NCBI GenBank assembly: GCA_951406725.2
Contig: OX597829.1
Span: 15,376,001 to 15,440,000, forward strand
Direction: 5' to 3'
DNA length: 64,000 nucleotides
Origin: Octopus vulgaris
Lineage: Eukaryota
Shown piece by piece: positions 13,504 through 27,100 of the stretch (position 1 is its first letter; each line of letters begins with the position of its first letter). The position numbers and the translations under genes were made by a program. Under the pieces are notes generated by a model. That model was not told where the DNA came from and made no database searches. It worked only from the letters and a program-made list of their open reading frames with translations.

Positions 13504-14730
13504 ATTGGGTGCAATAGGTAAATCGCCATTTTGTAATTTTTTATTTCGCGTATGTACGTTGTCTGTTTTTGATTTTGTCGACTACACAGTATAGTCGGAT
13601 CAATTGGACACCGTCTGTGAGAAATACAGCACCATGATGCAGTTCACTCTGCCAGAAATTTTGGAACAACATGCTGTAATGCTTGGCATCTGCGCCGGAA
13701 TCTCCAATACGAATAATTGAAAGTATTTGGTGCCAATCTGAGGACAGTGCAGAGGATTCAGAAGGAGTTGGATGAGTCTAATGGTGATTACGATGGTACG
13801 ACAGTTCGGAAAATTCACTCTGATTATTCTAATAAGAAAAGAACTCCTGAATTTGTTGGTGAGACCCAAGCCATGATTGACAACGATCAAGTAATCAGAT
13901 CCATCGCCAGATATATAGGAGTGTCTGAGATTTTTATCAGGCAGGTAGAGCATGAAAACATTTGGTATTCCTCATACAAGATGAGAAAGGGTCAGCTTTT
14001 AACCCCAAGCCATCAAGGACAAGAGGAAAGACTGCGCTACAAACTTTTGAACAAGCTCAAACAAGCTCTCCTACCGAACATGCTTTGGTTTTCTCAAACG
14101 AGAAAAATGTCTGCCAGGATCAGATGGTAAATACAGAAAAAACCGTTGGCTTATTGTATCCAAAAACATGCACTGGGAGTGATAAAAATCAAACATCCAG
14201 TCAACATCATGGTGTTTGGAGTGATCACTAGTTTGTATGTAAATGAATATGCCTCCGTTCATCTTCCCACATGGCCTCACACTCAACACGGAGGCCTACA
14301 TCAAGCGGAAGTAGTGCTGCCCTGCATCAAGAGGGTGGCTACTGGAAGATCCTATGTCTGGCAACAGGACTCAGCCCCATGGCACACAAGCAGGTGAAGC
14401 GAGTCATGGCTGTCAGACAATTTCTGAGACCACATCACCCCTAACATCTGTCCACCTAACTCCCCAGACTGCAACCTCATTCTTTATTATGTGTGGGGCA
14501 CAGTTGAGCGAGACCTACAAATCTTGTAACACCAAGGATGAACTGAAGGCAAGGAATATAGTATAATTCACCAACTTAAACAAGCAATTTTATTGAATAA
14601 ACTTATTCTTTAGTATTTCAAGACATTTTTACGTAATTTTGGTAAATATATCTGTTAAAATGAAATGTATTATTTTCATTTTTGCATAGTTTAGACGGTG
14701 AATAAATTGTAACTCCCCATCCACCCAGTA
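13504..14730 (+). mobile_element. Tc1/mariner-superfamily DD37D (maT-like) transposon fossil
   Basis: Frameshifted transposase: RTPEFV...RSIAR...YKMRKGQLLT, FSNEKN, IMVFGVITS, WQQDSAPWHTS, PPNSPDCN. Ends TA(T/C)TGGGTG are weakly inverted. Confidence 0.82.
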
Positions 14731-14739
14731 TGTAATCTC

Positions 14740-15829
14740 TTAAACAATTATGAGGAAGATAGTTAAATGTAGTTATAATAGAATTTTATAGTAGGATTAG
14801 ATACGGATATACCAGGAACCAAGAATTTATTAAAGAATATTACCTTAAAAGGAATAGACAGGCCACATTTAATCGAACATAAATCTCTAAATCCTAAACA
14901 CTATTTTAAATATCTAGTTACAGCTAGATTTAAGAGTGTCTAGTTATTATCTCCCCTTGAATTCAACCTCTCTAATATTATTAGTCTTAGAGAATTTTTC
15001 AGAAAATTTTATTTTATTTATCTTATATCCATAATACTTAGCGCATGACAGAGGGAGCCGCCATTTGCACAGGAACAAGGAGTAAAAATTATGTCGATAA
15101 GTATTCTTCCTTTATTAATTTTTACTAGATTTTTTACTAGTTTTATTCAATAAATTTATAACATATTTAGTATTTTATACTAAATAATCTTTTTAAATAC
15201 TATTAACTCACGTTTGACATTAAAAATGGAAATTAATACTTGTATAGATTGGGGTAAATTTTACACTAAATTATTAATTCCCGTAATGTTTATATAGATA
15301 GGTTGTAGGATTTGGTGTGTTTCTAATATAGTCGTTGAGGGTTTTCTAAGGTTTAGCATTTTCTATATATACATCGGTAATGTAATTTTAGGTGTTCAAT
15401 TGTTTAAATTTTTTTAAATTAAAATTTTTTTAAAAATATATTTGTAATTTATATATTTTTATTATATTTTTATTCATATTCTTATTTCTTTATTGAATAT
15501 GACTTATAATATGTATTTTTAACTTTGATCCGTTAGTAATAATAACAATAAGATAAATAGCCTGAGCACGCACTGGTGGATTTAGGTTGTTGATAAACAA
15601 CCCACCAGCGGAGAAACACGTGTAGCGTTGATTAAAAATATCTTCTTTCTCCACAGACTTATAACAGGTAAGTGATATGTATTTTTCAAGTAATTTTATT
15701 GCATTTTATAGTAGTTTTTTTAATGCTTATATTACTTTATTGGATATAACTTTCTATGTGTATTCCATACAATAAGGTTATCCTGAAATAGGAGTTGCGG
15801 TTCTATGGGTAAAATTCCCAATTTTTTAT

Positions 15830-15830
<1 letters not shown>
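14740..15830 (+). mobile_element. Probable Penelope-associated AT-rich repeat with a degenerate hammerhead
   Basis: CTGAGCA, a long stem, then GAAACACGTGTA at 15555-15630. Boundaries uncertain. Confidence 0.35.
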
Positions 15831-15919
<89 letters not shown>

Positions 15920-16395
15920 AAAATGAAGAGGAGAGTGGAGATTTATTCAAATCCAAAACCTTTTATCAAAAAAATGTTTTCTACAGAATATATAATAATG
16001 ACCAGCATGTTTCTACTGCAGCGGCTACACATTATTCTGTATGCAATTATGCATCCTAGTCGCTGCAATTTCATCAAGGGTCCATCACTTACGACGTTTT
16101 CAAAGGGAACTCATTCAAACAAGCTTCTCTCTATGTATGTATGTAAAATGATTATGCTTTCTCTCATTGCTGAGAGTCAGCGAACAAAAACAGCAGTCTT
16201 CTGTGAAGTGTTTATATGCAAAAACATCTACACAATGCTCTTTAAATTATCAGCGAAGCTCTACCCAACACCACTAGAAACGCTTGAAGAGCTCCGAGGT
16301 ATTATAATCAGTGAAATTCAAAATGCCCTCAAACTGATGGAAACAGACAAAGTGGAAGTGGAAGGTGGCACTACGACAGATGCAGAGATGAAGGG

Positions 16396-16652
16396 TATTT
16401 AAGAAGAGTGGTCCAGGTGCGCGTGCTCGCGTACTTGCGCATCCGCGTTAGCTAGTCGTGACTAGTCGATCCTTACTTTGTGTTTTTGTACTTTATTTAC
16501 TTTCTATAAAACAATTATTTACTCTGTGTAAAAAATATTTATTTTGTATTATAATTACTTTGCTAGGTAGTCGTAGGATCGACTAGACACGACTAGCTAG
16601 CGCGGATGTGCGAGTACGCGAGGGCCCGCACCGGGACCACTCTTCTTAAATA
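16396..16652. mobile_element. MITE with ~80-bp imperfect terminal inverted repeats
   Basis: TATTTAAGAAGAGTGGTCC...GACTAGTCGATCCT is mirrored by AGGATCGACTAG...GGACCACTCTTCTTAAATA around an AT-rich spacer. Confidence 0.88.
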
Positions 16653-16908
16653 GTACCGGGGTGAAGTGCTGTGGAAAATTCTCGTTCTACGTTTTAATTA
16701 CTACATGAAAGATTGTAAAATACCTTCACTGAGGAAAGAATCAAATAACCCGCTGCTTCATAAGAAGAGTGATGAAGAAGGTTTTAAATAATTATCGCCC
16801 TCTATGCCTCTTGTCTCACCTCTGTAAGTTTGTTTCCAAAGGTCATAGACCATTAAAAGAAGTCGGGGGCTGACAGACAACAAAGCGAGCAGGCTGCCGT
16901 AAGATCTA

Positions 16909-17140
16909 TTTCTTTACTACCCACAAGGAGCTAAACACAGAGGGGACAAACAAGGACAGACAAACGGATTGAGTCGATTACATCAACTCCAGTGCGTAGC
17001 TGGTGCTTAATTTATCGACCCCGAAAGGATGAAAGGCAAAGTCGACCTCGGCGTAATTTGAACTCAGAACGTAACGGCAGACGAAATACGGCTACGCATT
17101 TCGCCCGGTGTGCTAACGTTTCTGCCAGCTCGCCGCCTTT
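16909..17140 (-). mobile_element. Full-length tRNA-derived SINE with Tx1-like 3' tail
   Basis: Same family as 6372-6775; imperfect ~19-bp TSD AGGCTGCCGTAAGATCTAT / AGGCTGTCGTAAAACCTAT. Confidence 0.9.
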
Positions 17141-18105
17141 TATAGGCTGTCGTAAAACCTATATTATGATTGATCACGTATTCACTTTAACAAAGCTCAT
17201 AGGACGAGTGAATGAATACAGCTTCCCCTGTGTATCGGCTTCGCTGATTACGAAAAGGCTTTCAGTGGTGTCGAGATCAGAGTAGTATTGAAATCTCTGG
17301 AAACGCAAGGTGTAGAAGCGTAATAAATCAAACCGCTCAGTGATGCGATCTCTGAATGCACAACAGGTATAACTCTGCTATCACGAACAACAGGAATCCT
17401 CAAGTAGGGTATCGAGCAGGAAAAAACCATCTCTCCAAAGATCTTTACTGCTTGTCTAGGAATGATCATTAAGAAGATCGACTGGACAGGTGGTGTGAAT
17501 ATCAATGGCGAGCAACTAACACGCTTCTTTTTGCAGAAAACACAGATTAGCTGCAGTCCATGCTGTCAGAGCTGAACACTTAGAGCTTAACTGTTGGCCT
17601 TAACAAAATATATGCAGTCGGAAGACGTAGCATAAGGCAGGAGAGATGTAAGAAGCAATGAAATGGAAGAGGTAAATGAATACGTTTACTTTGTGCACAC
17701 AGTGAATATGCCCCGAGATATGAATGCTAGAATCTCAAAGAGAAAAAGAGCAGAATGGAAGGCATTTAACTGAAAAAAAGGGTGTGTACCAAAGCTAAAC
17801 AATGCCATACGTGCAAAGACTCTGATACGCAAGTGAGACGTGCGCTACTAAGAAGAGGATACAGCATCTATCGACGCAAAGGCTCACGGGATGATTCATT
17901 GGAAGGAATATCATTAAGTGAGCACAGACAAAAGACAGACCCACTTCGAGGCTCTCTACGAGGCTGGGAAGATATTTTAGTCAGGCAATTCGGGTCAGTA
18001 TGGAAGTGAATGGCGCAATGAAGACAAAATTAGAAGCGTGCTATGACCAGCAAAGTATAGCAGCATCTGACGGCATGGTAGATACTGTGATGCGCGTGTG
18101 TGTGC

Positions 18106-18152
<47 letters not shown>

Positions 18153-18399
18153 TGCATCACATACACACACACACATATATATACATGAATATATGTATGT
18201 ATATATATATATGTATATATACATACATATATATACACATATATATGTATATATGGTACTACTTGAGAAGAATGGCATGTTTGTGTGTGTGTGTGTGTGT
18301 GTGTGTTTATAATTGCATAAATACAAATATCTAGAAAGATAGACAGACAGACAGGCAGGTAGACTGACAGACACACAGACAGACGGACAAACTGATGTA

Positions 18400-18420
18400 T
18401 TGATAGATAGCTAGATAAAG

Positions 18421-18490
<70 letters not shown>

Positions 18491-18538
18491 CTAGCTAGCT
18501 TGATAGATAGGTAGGTAGGCAGATAGATAGATAGATAA
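18400..18538. repeat. (GATA)n at Tx1 3' junction
   Basis: Directly visible. Confidence 0.95.
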
Positions 18539-18539
18539 G

Positions 18540-19654
18540 TTTCTTTATTGGCCACAAAGGGCTGCACACAGATGGGACAAGTTACATGGTAGAGCTTTTC
18601 TTTTGGGGGATGAAAAAAAAAAGGATGGCGTAGGTTTTCGATCAAAAGGGATCGTAAAAGGGAAAAAAGAACAAAAAGAGGAAAAGAAAAAAAAAGGGAA
18701 AACGAACAAAGGAAAAGAAAAATGAAAAAGAAGAAAAAAGGGGAAAAAAGGGGAAGAAGAAAAGAAAGCGATCAATAGGGATCGTGTATCACAGTGTCAT
18801 GATGTATGGTGTAAAGGGGAAAGCAAGTAAGGTTTGTCCGTGGGAAGAAAAGCCTACGAAAAAGACCACGGTAACCTTGGTCAATATTGTTATATGTTAC
18901 CACATTTGTTTGCAAGTGGGTAACCCTCTGTTTTCAATTTCTGGGTTCATAGGATTATGCTCAAGGTGGCTTCGTCATTCATACGTGCCATCCTTGCTAC
19001 ATTCAGCCATCTTTTTTTAAAACGTTCGCTAGACAAAACTTGCCTCTCTACTCTCAATTTCCTTTTCAAGTGGTACTTGAAGAAGTTGATGAGAGGTTGA
19101 CTAGAGAGGAAAGTGTTTGTCTCCAATCCTTTCAGACGCGTCCACCAGATACATTCTTTCGCCATAGCCACAAGGATGATGAAAATAGCTCTTCCTTCCC
19201 GTTTGAAGGAAGGAGGCGTGACAATATTGACGATAGACTCAGCTGATAAACCTACTCGTCCCACACGTGACAGCAGTTGTTCGACATAAGCCCACGGGTC
19301 GGAAATGGTTGGCTAATAAATGAGTGCGTGCATAACGGTTTCGTCGCTCTGACCGCATCTCGGGCAGGTCGGCCCCGTATATCTCGAGCCGTGTCTGTAG
19401 AGTTTATCCCGAACGGGTAGCGCCTCTCGGTAGCACTTCCAGGCCAGGGATCTCTGGAAGTTGTCCATGGGTCCTGGCGCGAAAGTCGTCCTGAACAGGC
19501 GAGTCAGGTATTCCTCGTCGACGTCTAGGTTCGCCCAAAGCTCGTTGTCGTACCTCCCCTCCACTAATCCCCAATAGAATGATTTGGTTGTGATGGAGTC
19601 ACTCAAGGTTGACCCAGGACGGCAGAGTTGCTCGAGAGCAACGCGACACTCGCG
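18540..19654 (-). mobile_element. 5'-truncated Tx1 copy (subfamily B: ORF2 C-terminus and 3'UTR)
   Basis: CPRCGQSDETVMHAL and the C-terminus ARMARMNDEATLSIIL match ORF 24164-25936; GATA tracts on both sides. Confidence 0.92.
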
Positions 19655-19801
<147 letters not shown>

Positions 19802-22800
19802 ACTTTTTACTGTAGCCACACAGGGCTAAACACAGAATAAAATATGGACGAAATACAATGTAGAATTTTTTCTTTTCGAGGTGGAATGGGTGGGGCACAA
19901 AAAAAAAACGTTTCATCAATAGGGATCTGTGGGTTGTGTGGTGTATAAAAAAGCAATATATATATATATAAAGTTCACAGTTTAGGTGTAGCCTTGGAAA
20001 GAAAAACCTACAAAAAAGACCAAGGTCACCTCAGACAGTTCGAAAATGAACACATGAGTAAGTCGCCTTACTTCTCGTTATTTCTTTTGGTTACAGATTT
20101 ATGCTTAAAATAGTGTCGTCTTTCATACTGACCATTTTTGCCACTTTTACCCACTTTTTATTAAAACATTCGTTCGACAAAGCCTTCCCCTCGATTCTCA
20201 TCCTCCTTTTCAAGTGGTACTTGAAAAGGTTGACGAGAGACTGACCAGAGAGGAAGGTGTTTGTTTGCAGTCCTTTCAAACGCGTCCACCACGCACATTC
20301 TTTCGCCATAGCCATCAGCGTAACGAAAACCGTTTTCCCTTCCCGTTTAAAGGAAGGTGGTGGAACAATATCTATGATAGACTCGGCCGATAGGCGGGCC
20401 CGACCTACACGTGACAACAGCTGTTCGACGAAGGTCCACAGCTCTGAAATACTTGGACACTGCACGAGTGCGTGCAGAACGGTTTCGTCGCTATGACCGC
20501 ATCTCGGGCATGTCGGTCCGGTGATGGTTTTCGAACCGTGCCTGTAGCTCTTCTCTCGAACAGGTAGTGCATCTCGATAGCACTGCCAAGCAAGGGATTT
20601 CTGGAAGTCATCCATAGGCCCCAGCCCGAACGTCGTCCTGAACAGGCGGGTTAGGAATTTCCTGTCGACGCCCAGGTTTGCCCCGAGTGTGTCGTCGGAA
20701 CCCCCCTCCACTAGTCCTCTATAGAACGCTTTAGTCGTTTGTAAGTTGCACAAGTTTGACCACTGTTGGCAGAGCTGCTGTAGAGCTTGGCGACACTCTC
20801 GGTGCCAATCGCCCAGTTTCGGTCCCTTCTTGATCCACGTTTCCAGTTCGGTCAGTGAGACGAGCTGCGGGAAGGCGCGCCTCACAAACGGCGCCCACAC
20901 CTGTTCACCGTCGTCGATGAAGTTCCAGAGATGTCGCAGTTTCAGCGCATGCCTGCGCGTCATCAACCACGGCATGCCCAGTCCTCCATTCAACGGATTT
21001 TGACAGCAATTGGACTTCCTCACCATCGGAACGCCACCCTTCCATAGGAAGCGGAAGAGATGGCGTCCAGTTTGGTTTATGGTGGCGTCGGGACAAGGTA
21101 CGACGGTCAGGTGGTAATCGATAACGGATGTGATGTTTGCGTTCGCCACCTCCGCCCGGCCTTTTAGAGACAGCTTTCTCTCGACCCATGTTTGGCTGAG
21201 AGCGACCACTCTACTCGTGATCTCGTCCCAGTTCTTATCCATTTGGAGGTCCGGACTGAACCAGACCCCGAGCAATTTAACCGGTCCGTCCGTCCAGCGT
21301 CCCACATGGGCTTGCTTCTCCAGGTGCCGAGTAGCAAACCCACTGACTTTTCCGTGTTAATCTTCGCTCCCATCACCGTTTCGTATTATCTTAGTGTTTG
21401 GCCTATCATCTTGATGTGTTTGTCGCTCGACACTATGACGGTGACATCGTCCGCATATGCCGACACGCTCGTCCCGCAACCCAGTTCCCGTGGGATGCCC
21501 CTTAGTGTCGCCAGCTTCCGCAGTAGCGACCTGAGAGTCAATACATACAGAAGCGCCGACAGGGGACACCCCTGACGGACCGAACGCGTGATGTCAAATG
21601 GTTTCGACAGGTGACCGTTCACCCGAATCACCGATCGGATGCCGCTATACAAGGCGGAGATCCAACCGCGGAAGACGGGACCGAAGCCAGCCGCGCTGAG
21701 GACGGCCGCTAAGTACCGATGGTCGACCCTATCGAAGGCTTTAGACTGATCCAAATTGATCAGCACCCCACCCATGCCAGGATCCTTAACTACCCTGTCC
21801 ACAATGTAGCGCATCAGATGGAGGTTGTTATGTATGGTTCTGCCCGGCACGGCGCATGTTTGCGCCCTGTCGAGCAGTTTACCAATGACAAGCACCAACC
21901 TCTCGGCTATTACTTTGGCCAAAATTTTCAAATCTGCGTTGAGGAGAGTGATGGGCCTGGAATTATCTATAAAATTCCCCTTGTTTGGGTCTTTCTTCAG
22001 CAACGTTACTGCACCTCGGCCCACGAAACCGTGGATTCTCCCGTTTTGTTGCCAGTTGCAGTAGACTGATGCCAAGAGGTTGCCAAACAAGTCTGGCATT
22101 TGACAATACAGCTCGTAGGGTAAACCATCCAATCCAGGCGACTTATCCCTCATGCAGCCCGCCATCGCCTCCCGCACGTCAGCGGCTGTGATGGGACTTT
22201 CATAACACTTCGCTTCTCTTGCCGAGAGCCGCGGCAGGTCGGTCAGGTAGGCACTAAAATCCATCCCGCGTTCTGACCCACCACTCGCACCAAACAGTGG
22301 AGCAAAGTGCTGTTGAAAGGCCTCACACATCTTTTCGGGTTCGAGTAAACTGCATCCCTGTTGATCTATTAGAGACCGAATGGTGGATCTGTTGCCACGC
22401 TTTGCCCATTTTCTAGGTGGATCCTATCGGGTAGGTTCTCGATAGAGGATCCCTCAATCTGGATGGTTACTACTATTGTTTTACCACCCCAATTGTCGTT
22501 TAGGTACACGGCGGTTTCTAATATGTTTATCGTTTTCAAATGGTAACAGATTGCCCCTGTTATCCATTTGTTAGGTATCTCGGGGGGTACATTTTTAATG
22601 CTTATTCTACTCACTCTCTGGCCTTTGTAATATGGTACAATGATGATTTCATCATTTTGCAAAAACTCCGTAGATTGAGCTTTTGCCACTTCCTTGTTAG
22701 GGAAGCGGACCACCACTGTATTAAACTGGGGACCCCACTTTATATATTCTTTTTTTTTCATTATGTTTTTTAAACACTTTTCTATGTCCGTTTGTGTAAT

Positions 22801-23578
22801 CTGTTCATTTTGTTTTTTGTTTTTTCTTATAATTTTATATATAATTGTCTTATTTTCTATTTGTTCCTTTATGTGTTGAGGTGTATGCAGCACTAAATCC
22901 TGCCCTTGGGTTGTAAAGAGTGCTCTCGTTTCTATTAACTCTTCATTCGTAAATTTTATTATTTCTTTTTTCTGAGTGTCAGCGAAATTTACTGGTGTTG
23001 TTGATTCTTTTATATTAATATCTTCACTATTAGATGGTAAAATATTTATTTCATTTTTATTGTTGTTGTTGTTGTTGATGTTTTTGTTAATGATTTTCGC
23101 GTGGGTTTCCTTTTTATCATTTATGTTGGTCGTGGTGGTGGTGGTGGTGGTGGTGGTGGACCTGGTGGTGGTAGCAGTAGTAGTCTCGTTGTTGTTGTTG
23201 TTAGTGGTGCTGGTGGTGGTGACAGGGCTGTTACCGCAAGTGGTTGCAGCGTTCACTACCACGTCATTCAGGTTTGCACTTTGCGTGCATAAGTTCTTTT
23301 TTCTCCTAGCGTTTCAAGTCCAGGAAAATGCTGGTCCATAAAGGAACGCGACCAGCGTTCTACAATAACATTTCTCGACATTTTTTAATATCGAGAAGAA
23401 AAATACACAAAATAAAATTGGTTGAAACTGCCCCTAGGGGTGAATTCCTCCCTTGGAAAAGCACTCAAAAGAAAGTTGGGTGCCTTACACACCTTATTTA
23501 CAAAAATGTACACAAAATATGGGCTATAAATAGTCAAAATAAACGATTACCTTCGGGGCCGAGGTGACAACACGTCCG
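19802..23578 (-). mobile_element. Tx1 copy (subfamily A) with both termini but internal deletion of the ORF1 C-terminus and APE
   Basis: RT 21386-22330 (QSKAFDRVDH, SVRQGCPLS, YADD); C-terminus 20091-21305 with CPRCGHSDETVLHALVQC; ORF1 22369-23262 is fused to the linker at ~22398. Confidence 0.93.
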
Positions 23579-23580
23579 TC

Positions 23581-23611
23581 GATAAATAGATAGATAGATA
23601 GATCGATAGAC

Positions 23612-23670
<59 letters not shown>

Positions 23671-23747
23671 AAGAAAGATAGACTGATAGATAGAAAGATA
23701 GATAGATAGATTGATAGAAATATAAATAGATAGATAGATAGATAGAT

Positions 23748-23808
<61 letters not shown>
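23581..23808. repeat. (GATA)n spacer between Tx1 copies
   Basis: Directly visible. Confidence 0.95.
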
Positions 23809-24163
23809 TGTTTCTTTATTAGTCACACAGGGCTGCACACAGATAGAATAAATTACAAGGTAGAGCTTTTCTTTTGGGGGTTTAAAAAAAAGGGGGGTCG
23901 ATCTAAAGGAATCGTAAAAGGATAGAAAGAGGACAAAAAAGGGGGGGTTAAAAAAACAGGGGGAGAGGGAAAAAAATTGATCAATAGGGATCGTTATCAC
24001 AGAAATGTCAATATGAAGTGTAAAGGGGAGGACAGGTGAGGTTTACCCGTGGAAAGAAAAGCCTACGGAAAAGACCACGGTAACCTCGGTCAATGAAGTC
24101 ACATGTTATATTTCTTTTTTTTTGTTTTGCAAATAAGCAACTCTCTGTATTAATTTTTACGGT

Positions 24164-27100
24164 TCATAGAATCATAGTCAAAGTGGCTTCGTCATTCATA
24201 CGTGCCATCCTTGCTACATTCACCCATCTTTTTTTAAAACATTCACTAGACAAAACTTGCCTCTCTACTCTCACTTTCCTCTTCAAGTGATACTTGAAGA
24301 AGTTGATGAGAGATTGACCAGAGAGGAAAGTGTTTGTCTCTAATCCTTTCAGGCGCGTCCACCAGATACATTCTTTCGCCATAGCCACAAGTATGATAAG
24401 AATAGCTCTTCCTTCCCGTTTGAAGGAAGGAGGCGTGACGATATTAACGATAGACTCGGCTGATAAACCGACACGTCCCACACGTGACAGTAGTCGTTCG
24501 ACATAAGTCCACAAGTCGGAAATTGCTGGACAATGCACGAGAGCGTGCAGAGCGGTTTCGTCGCTCTGCCCGCATCTCGGGCAGGTCGGCCCGGTGTTTC
24601 TCGAGCCATGCCTATAGAGCTTATCCCGAACGGGTAGCGCTTCTCGGTAGCACTGCCAGGACAGGGATCTCTGGAAGTTATCCATAGGTCCCGGGCCGAA
24701 AGTTGTTTGAAACAGGCGGGTCAGGTATTCCTCGTCGACGCCCAGGTTTGCCCCGAGATCGTCGTCGTACCTCCCCTCCACTAATCCCCTATAGAATGCT
24801 TTGGTTGTGTTGAAGTCACTCAAGGTCGACCCGGGACGGCAGAGTTGCTTGAGAGCAACGCGACACTCGCGGTGCCATTCGCCCTTCCTCGGCCTCTTTT
24901 TGATCCACGACTGCAGTTCGGTCATGGAGACGAGCTGCGGGAAAGCGTGCCTCACAAACGGCGACCACACCTGTTCACCGTCGTCTGCATAGAGCCAGAG
25001 ATGTCGCAGACTCAGCGCTTGTCTGCACATCATCAACCACGGCATGCCCAGCCCTCCTTTTAACGGTTGTTGACAGCAAATGGATCGTCTGACCATCGGG
25101 ACGCATCCTTTCCACAAGAAGTGGAAGAGAATGCGTTCTAGTTTGGTGATGGTAGGGTCGGGACAAGGTACGACGGTCAGGCGGTAGTAGATGATGGACG
25201 CGATGTACGCGTTCGCCACCTCCGCCCGACCTTTTAGGGACAGTTTCCTCTCGGCCCATTGCTGGGCGAGAGTGACCACCCTACTCGTTATCTCGTTCCA
25301 GTTCTTCTCCATTTGGAGGTCCGGACCGAACCAGACGCCGAGCAACTTAACCGGGCCGTCTGTCCAGCGTCCCACGACGGAGGTACTGGTGGACGGCATG
25401 GGTTTGCTTCTCCAGGTGCCGAGCCGCAAGCCCACTGACTTTTCCCGGTTGATTTTTGCTCCTGTCACCGCTTCATAGTCTTTTAATGTCCCGCCGACCA
25501 GCTCGATGTGCGAGTGGCTTGACACTATGACGGTGACGTCGTCCGCGTATGCAGACACGCTTGTCCCGCATCCTAATTCTCGCGGGATGCCCCTCAGAAT
25601 CGCCAGCTTCCGCAGTAGTGGCTCAAGAGTCAATACGTATAGAAGCGCCGAGAGGGGGAATCCCTGACAGACCGAACGTTCAATGTCGAAAGGTCTCGAT
25701 AGATGTCCATTTACGCGAATTACCGAACGGATGCCTCTGTATAAGGCAGCTATCCAGCCGCGGAAGACGGGACCGAAATCAGCCGCTCTCAGGACTGCCT
25801 CCAAGTATCGATGGTCCAAGTTGATCAGGGCCCCACCCATGCCAGGTTCGTTAACTACTCTGTCTATGATGTAGCGCATCGCTCCGGCCCGGCACGGTGC
25901 ACGTTTGTGCGTTGTCGACCAGTTTCTCGATGACAAGCGCCAACCTCTCGGCTAACACCTTTGTCAAAATTTTCAGGTCTGCATTGAGCAGAGTGATTGG
26001 TGTAAAGTTATCTATAATGTTCCCCTTGTTTGGATCTTTCTTCAGCAGAGTTACAGCTCCTCGACTCACAAAACCGGGTATGCTCCCGTTTTGCTGCCAG
26101 TTGCAGTATACCGCTGCCAAGACGTCTCCAAACAAGTCTGGCATACAATTGTAAAACTCGTAGGGCAGACCATCTAAACCCGGCGATTTGTCTCTTGAGC
26201 ATTCTGCCATCGCGTCCCACACATCCACCGCCGTGATGGCACCTTCGCAGCACTCTGCCTCTCTTGCCGAGAGTCGTGGTAGGCTGTGCAGGTAGGCAAT
26301 GAAGTCCACCTTGCGTTCACGCTCACCACTCGTCCCGTACAGTCGGGCAAAGTGCCGCTGAAATGTCTCGCACATCTTGCTGGGCTCGAGCAATTCGCGC
26401 CCCTGTTCAGCTACCAGAGACCGAATGGTGGCTTTGTTGTCCTGCTGCGCCTCCGCCACCCGGGCCTCCCTCGCGGCTCCAACACCTTCCATCCTTAGAG
26501 CACGCATCCTAGCCCTGACAGCACACCCTTCGTGTTTGGCGTTGAAGTGTTGTTCAAGGGCCAACCTCGCCGCTAAAACGTCGGATGTGATGCCACTTCT
26601 TATTGCCTCTTCTAACTTCTTAACTAACTCACCCTCTACTCTATTTCTATCTACGGCTAGTGCCTTGCTATATCTAATTGCTTCCGCTTTTACTGCTCTC
26701 TTGAGGGCGAACCACCATTTGTTGTTGACAATGGCTCCCGTTAAAGCCCTTTTTACTAACGTGTTGATTCTGTCTCTGAAAACTTGTCTGGACGGGAATG
26801 ATGCGTTCAGTTTCCAGTACCCAGGACCCTGTCTATGTGCCTTATCTAAGTCTAGCGTACACGTCACCAATTTGTGATCCGTGTAGCTGACTGTGTAGAA
26901 TTGTGGACATCCTAAGTTATCCTTGTCTACTGTCCTACACAGTATCCTATCTAGATACGATCTAGACGACCCACTGCGGTTGCTCCATGTCCACGTTGGT
27001 GCATTTGGGTGGTCGAATCGGTACCTGTCAGACAGTTGGAATCGTCTGATCAGGTCTCTGAGGCATTTGCATCCCCTTCTATTTTTGTCTCTCCCCACAT

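Larger units (their letters stand above)
16250..17880 (+). mobile_element. Degenerate RTE-clade LINE RT fragment, interrupted by a MITE and a SINE
   Basis: EIQNALKLM..DK; GEVLWKILVLRFNYY..IP...LLHKK; IDHVFTLTKLIGRVNEYSFP; IGFADYEKAF; TISPKIFTACL...GVNINGEQL. Confidence 0.8.

Noticed and set aside
15917-16402. Host 161-aa ORF
   Set aside because: It begins in a TA repeat, its C-terminus is RTE RT sequence, and its stop is supplied by the MITE.
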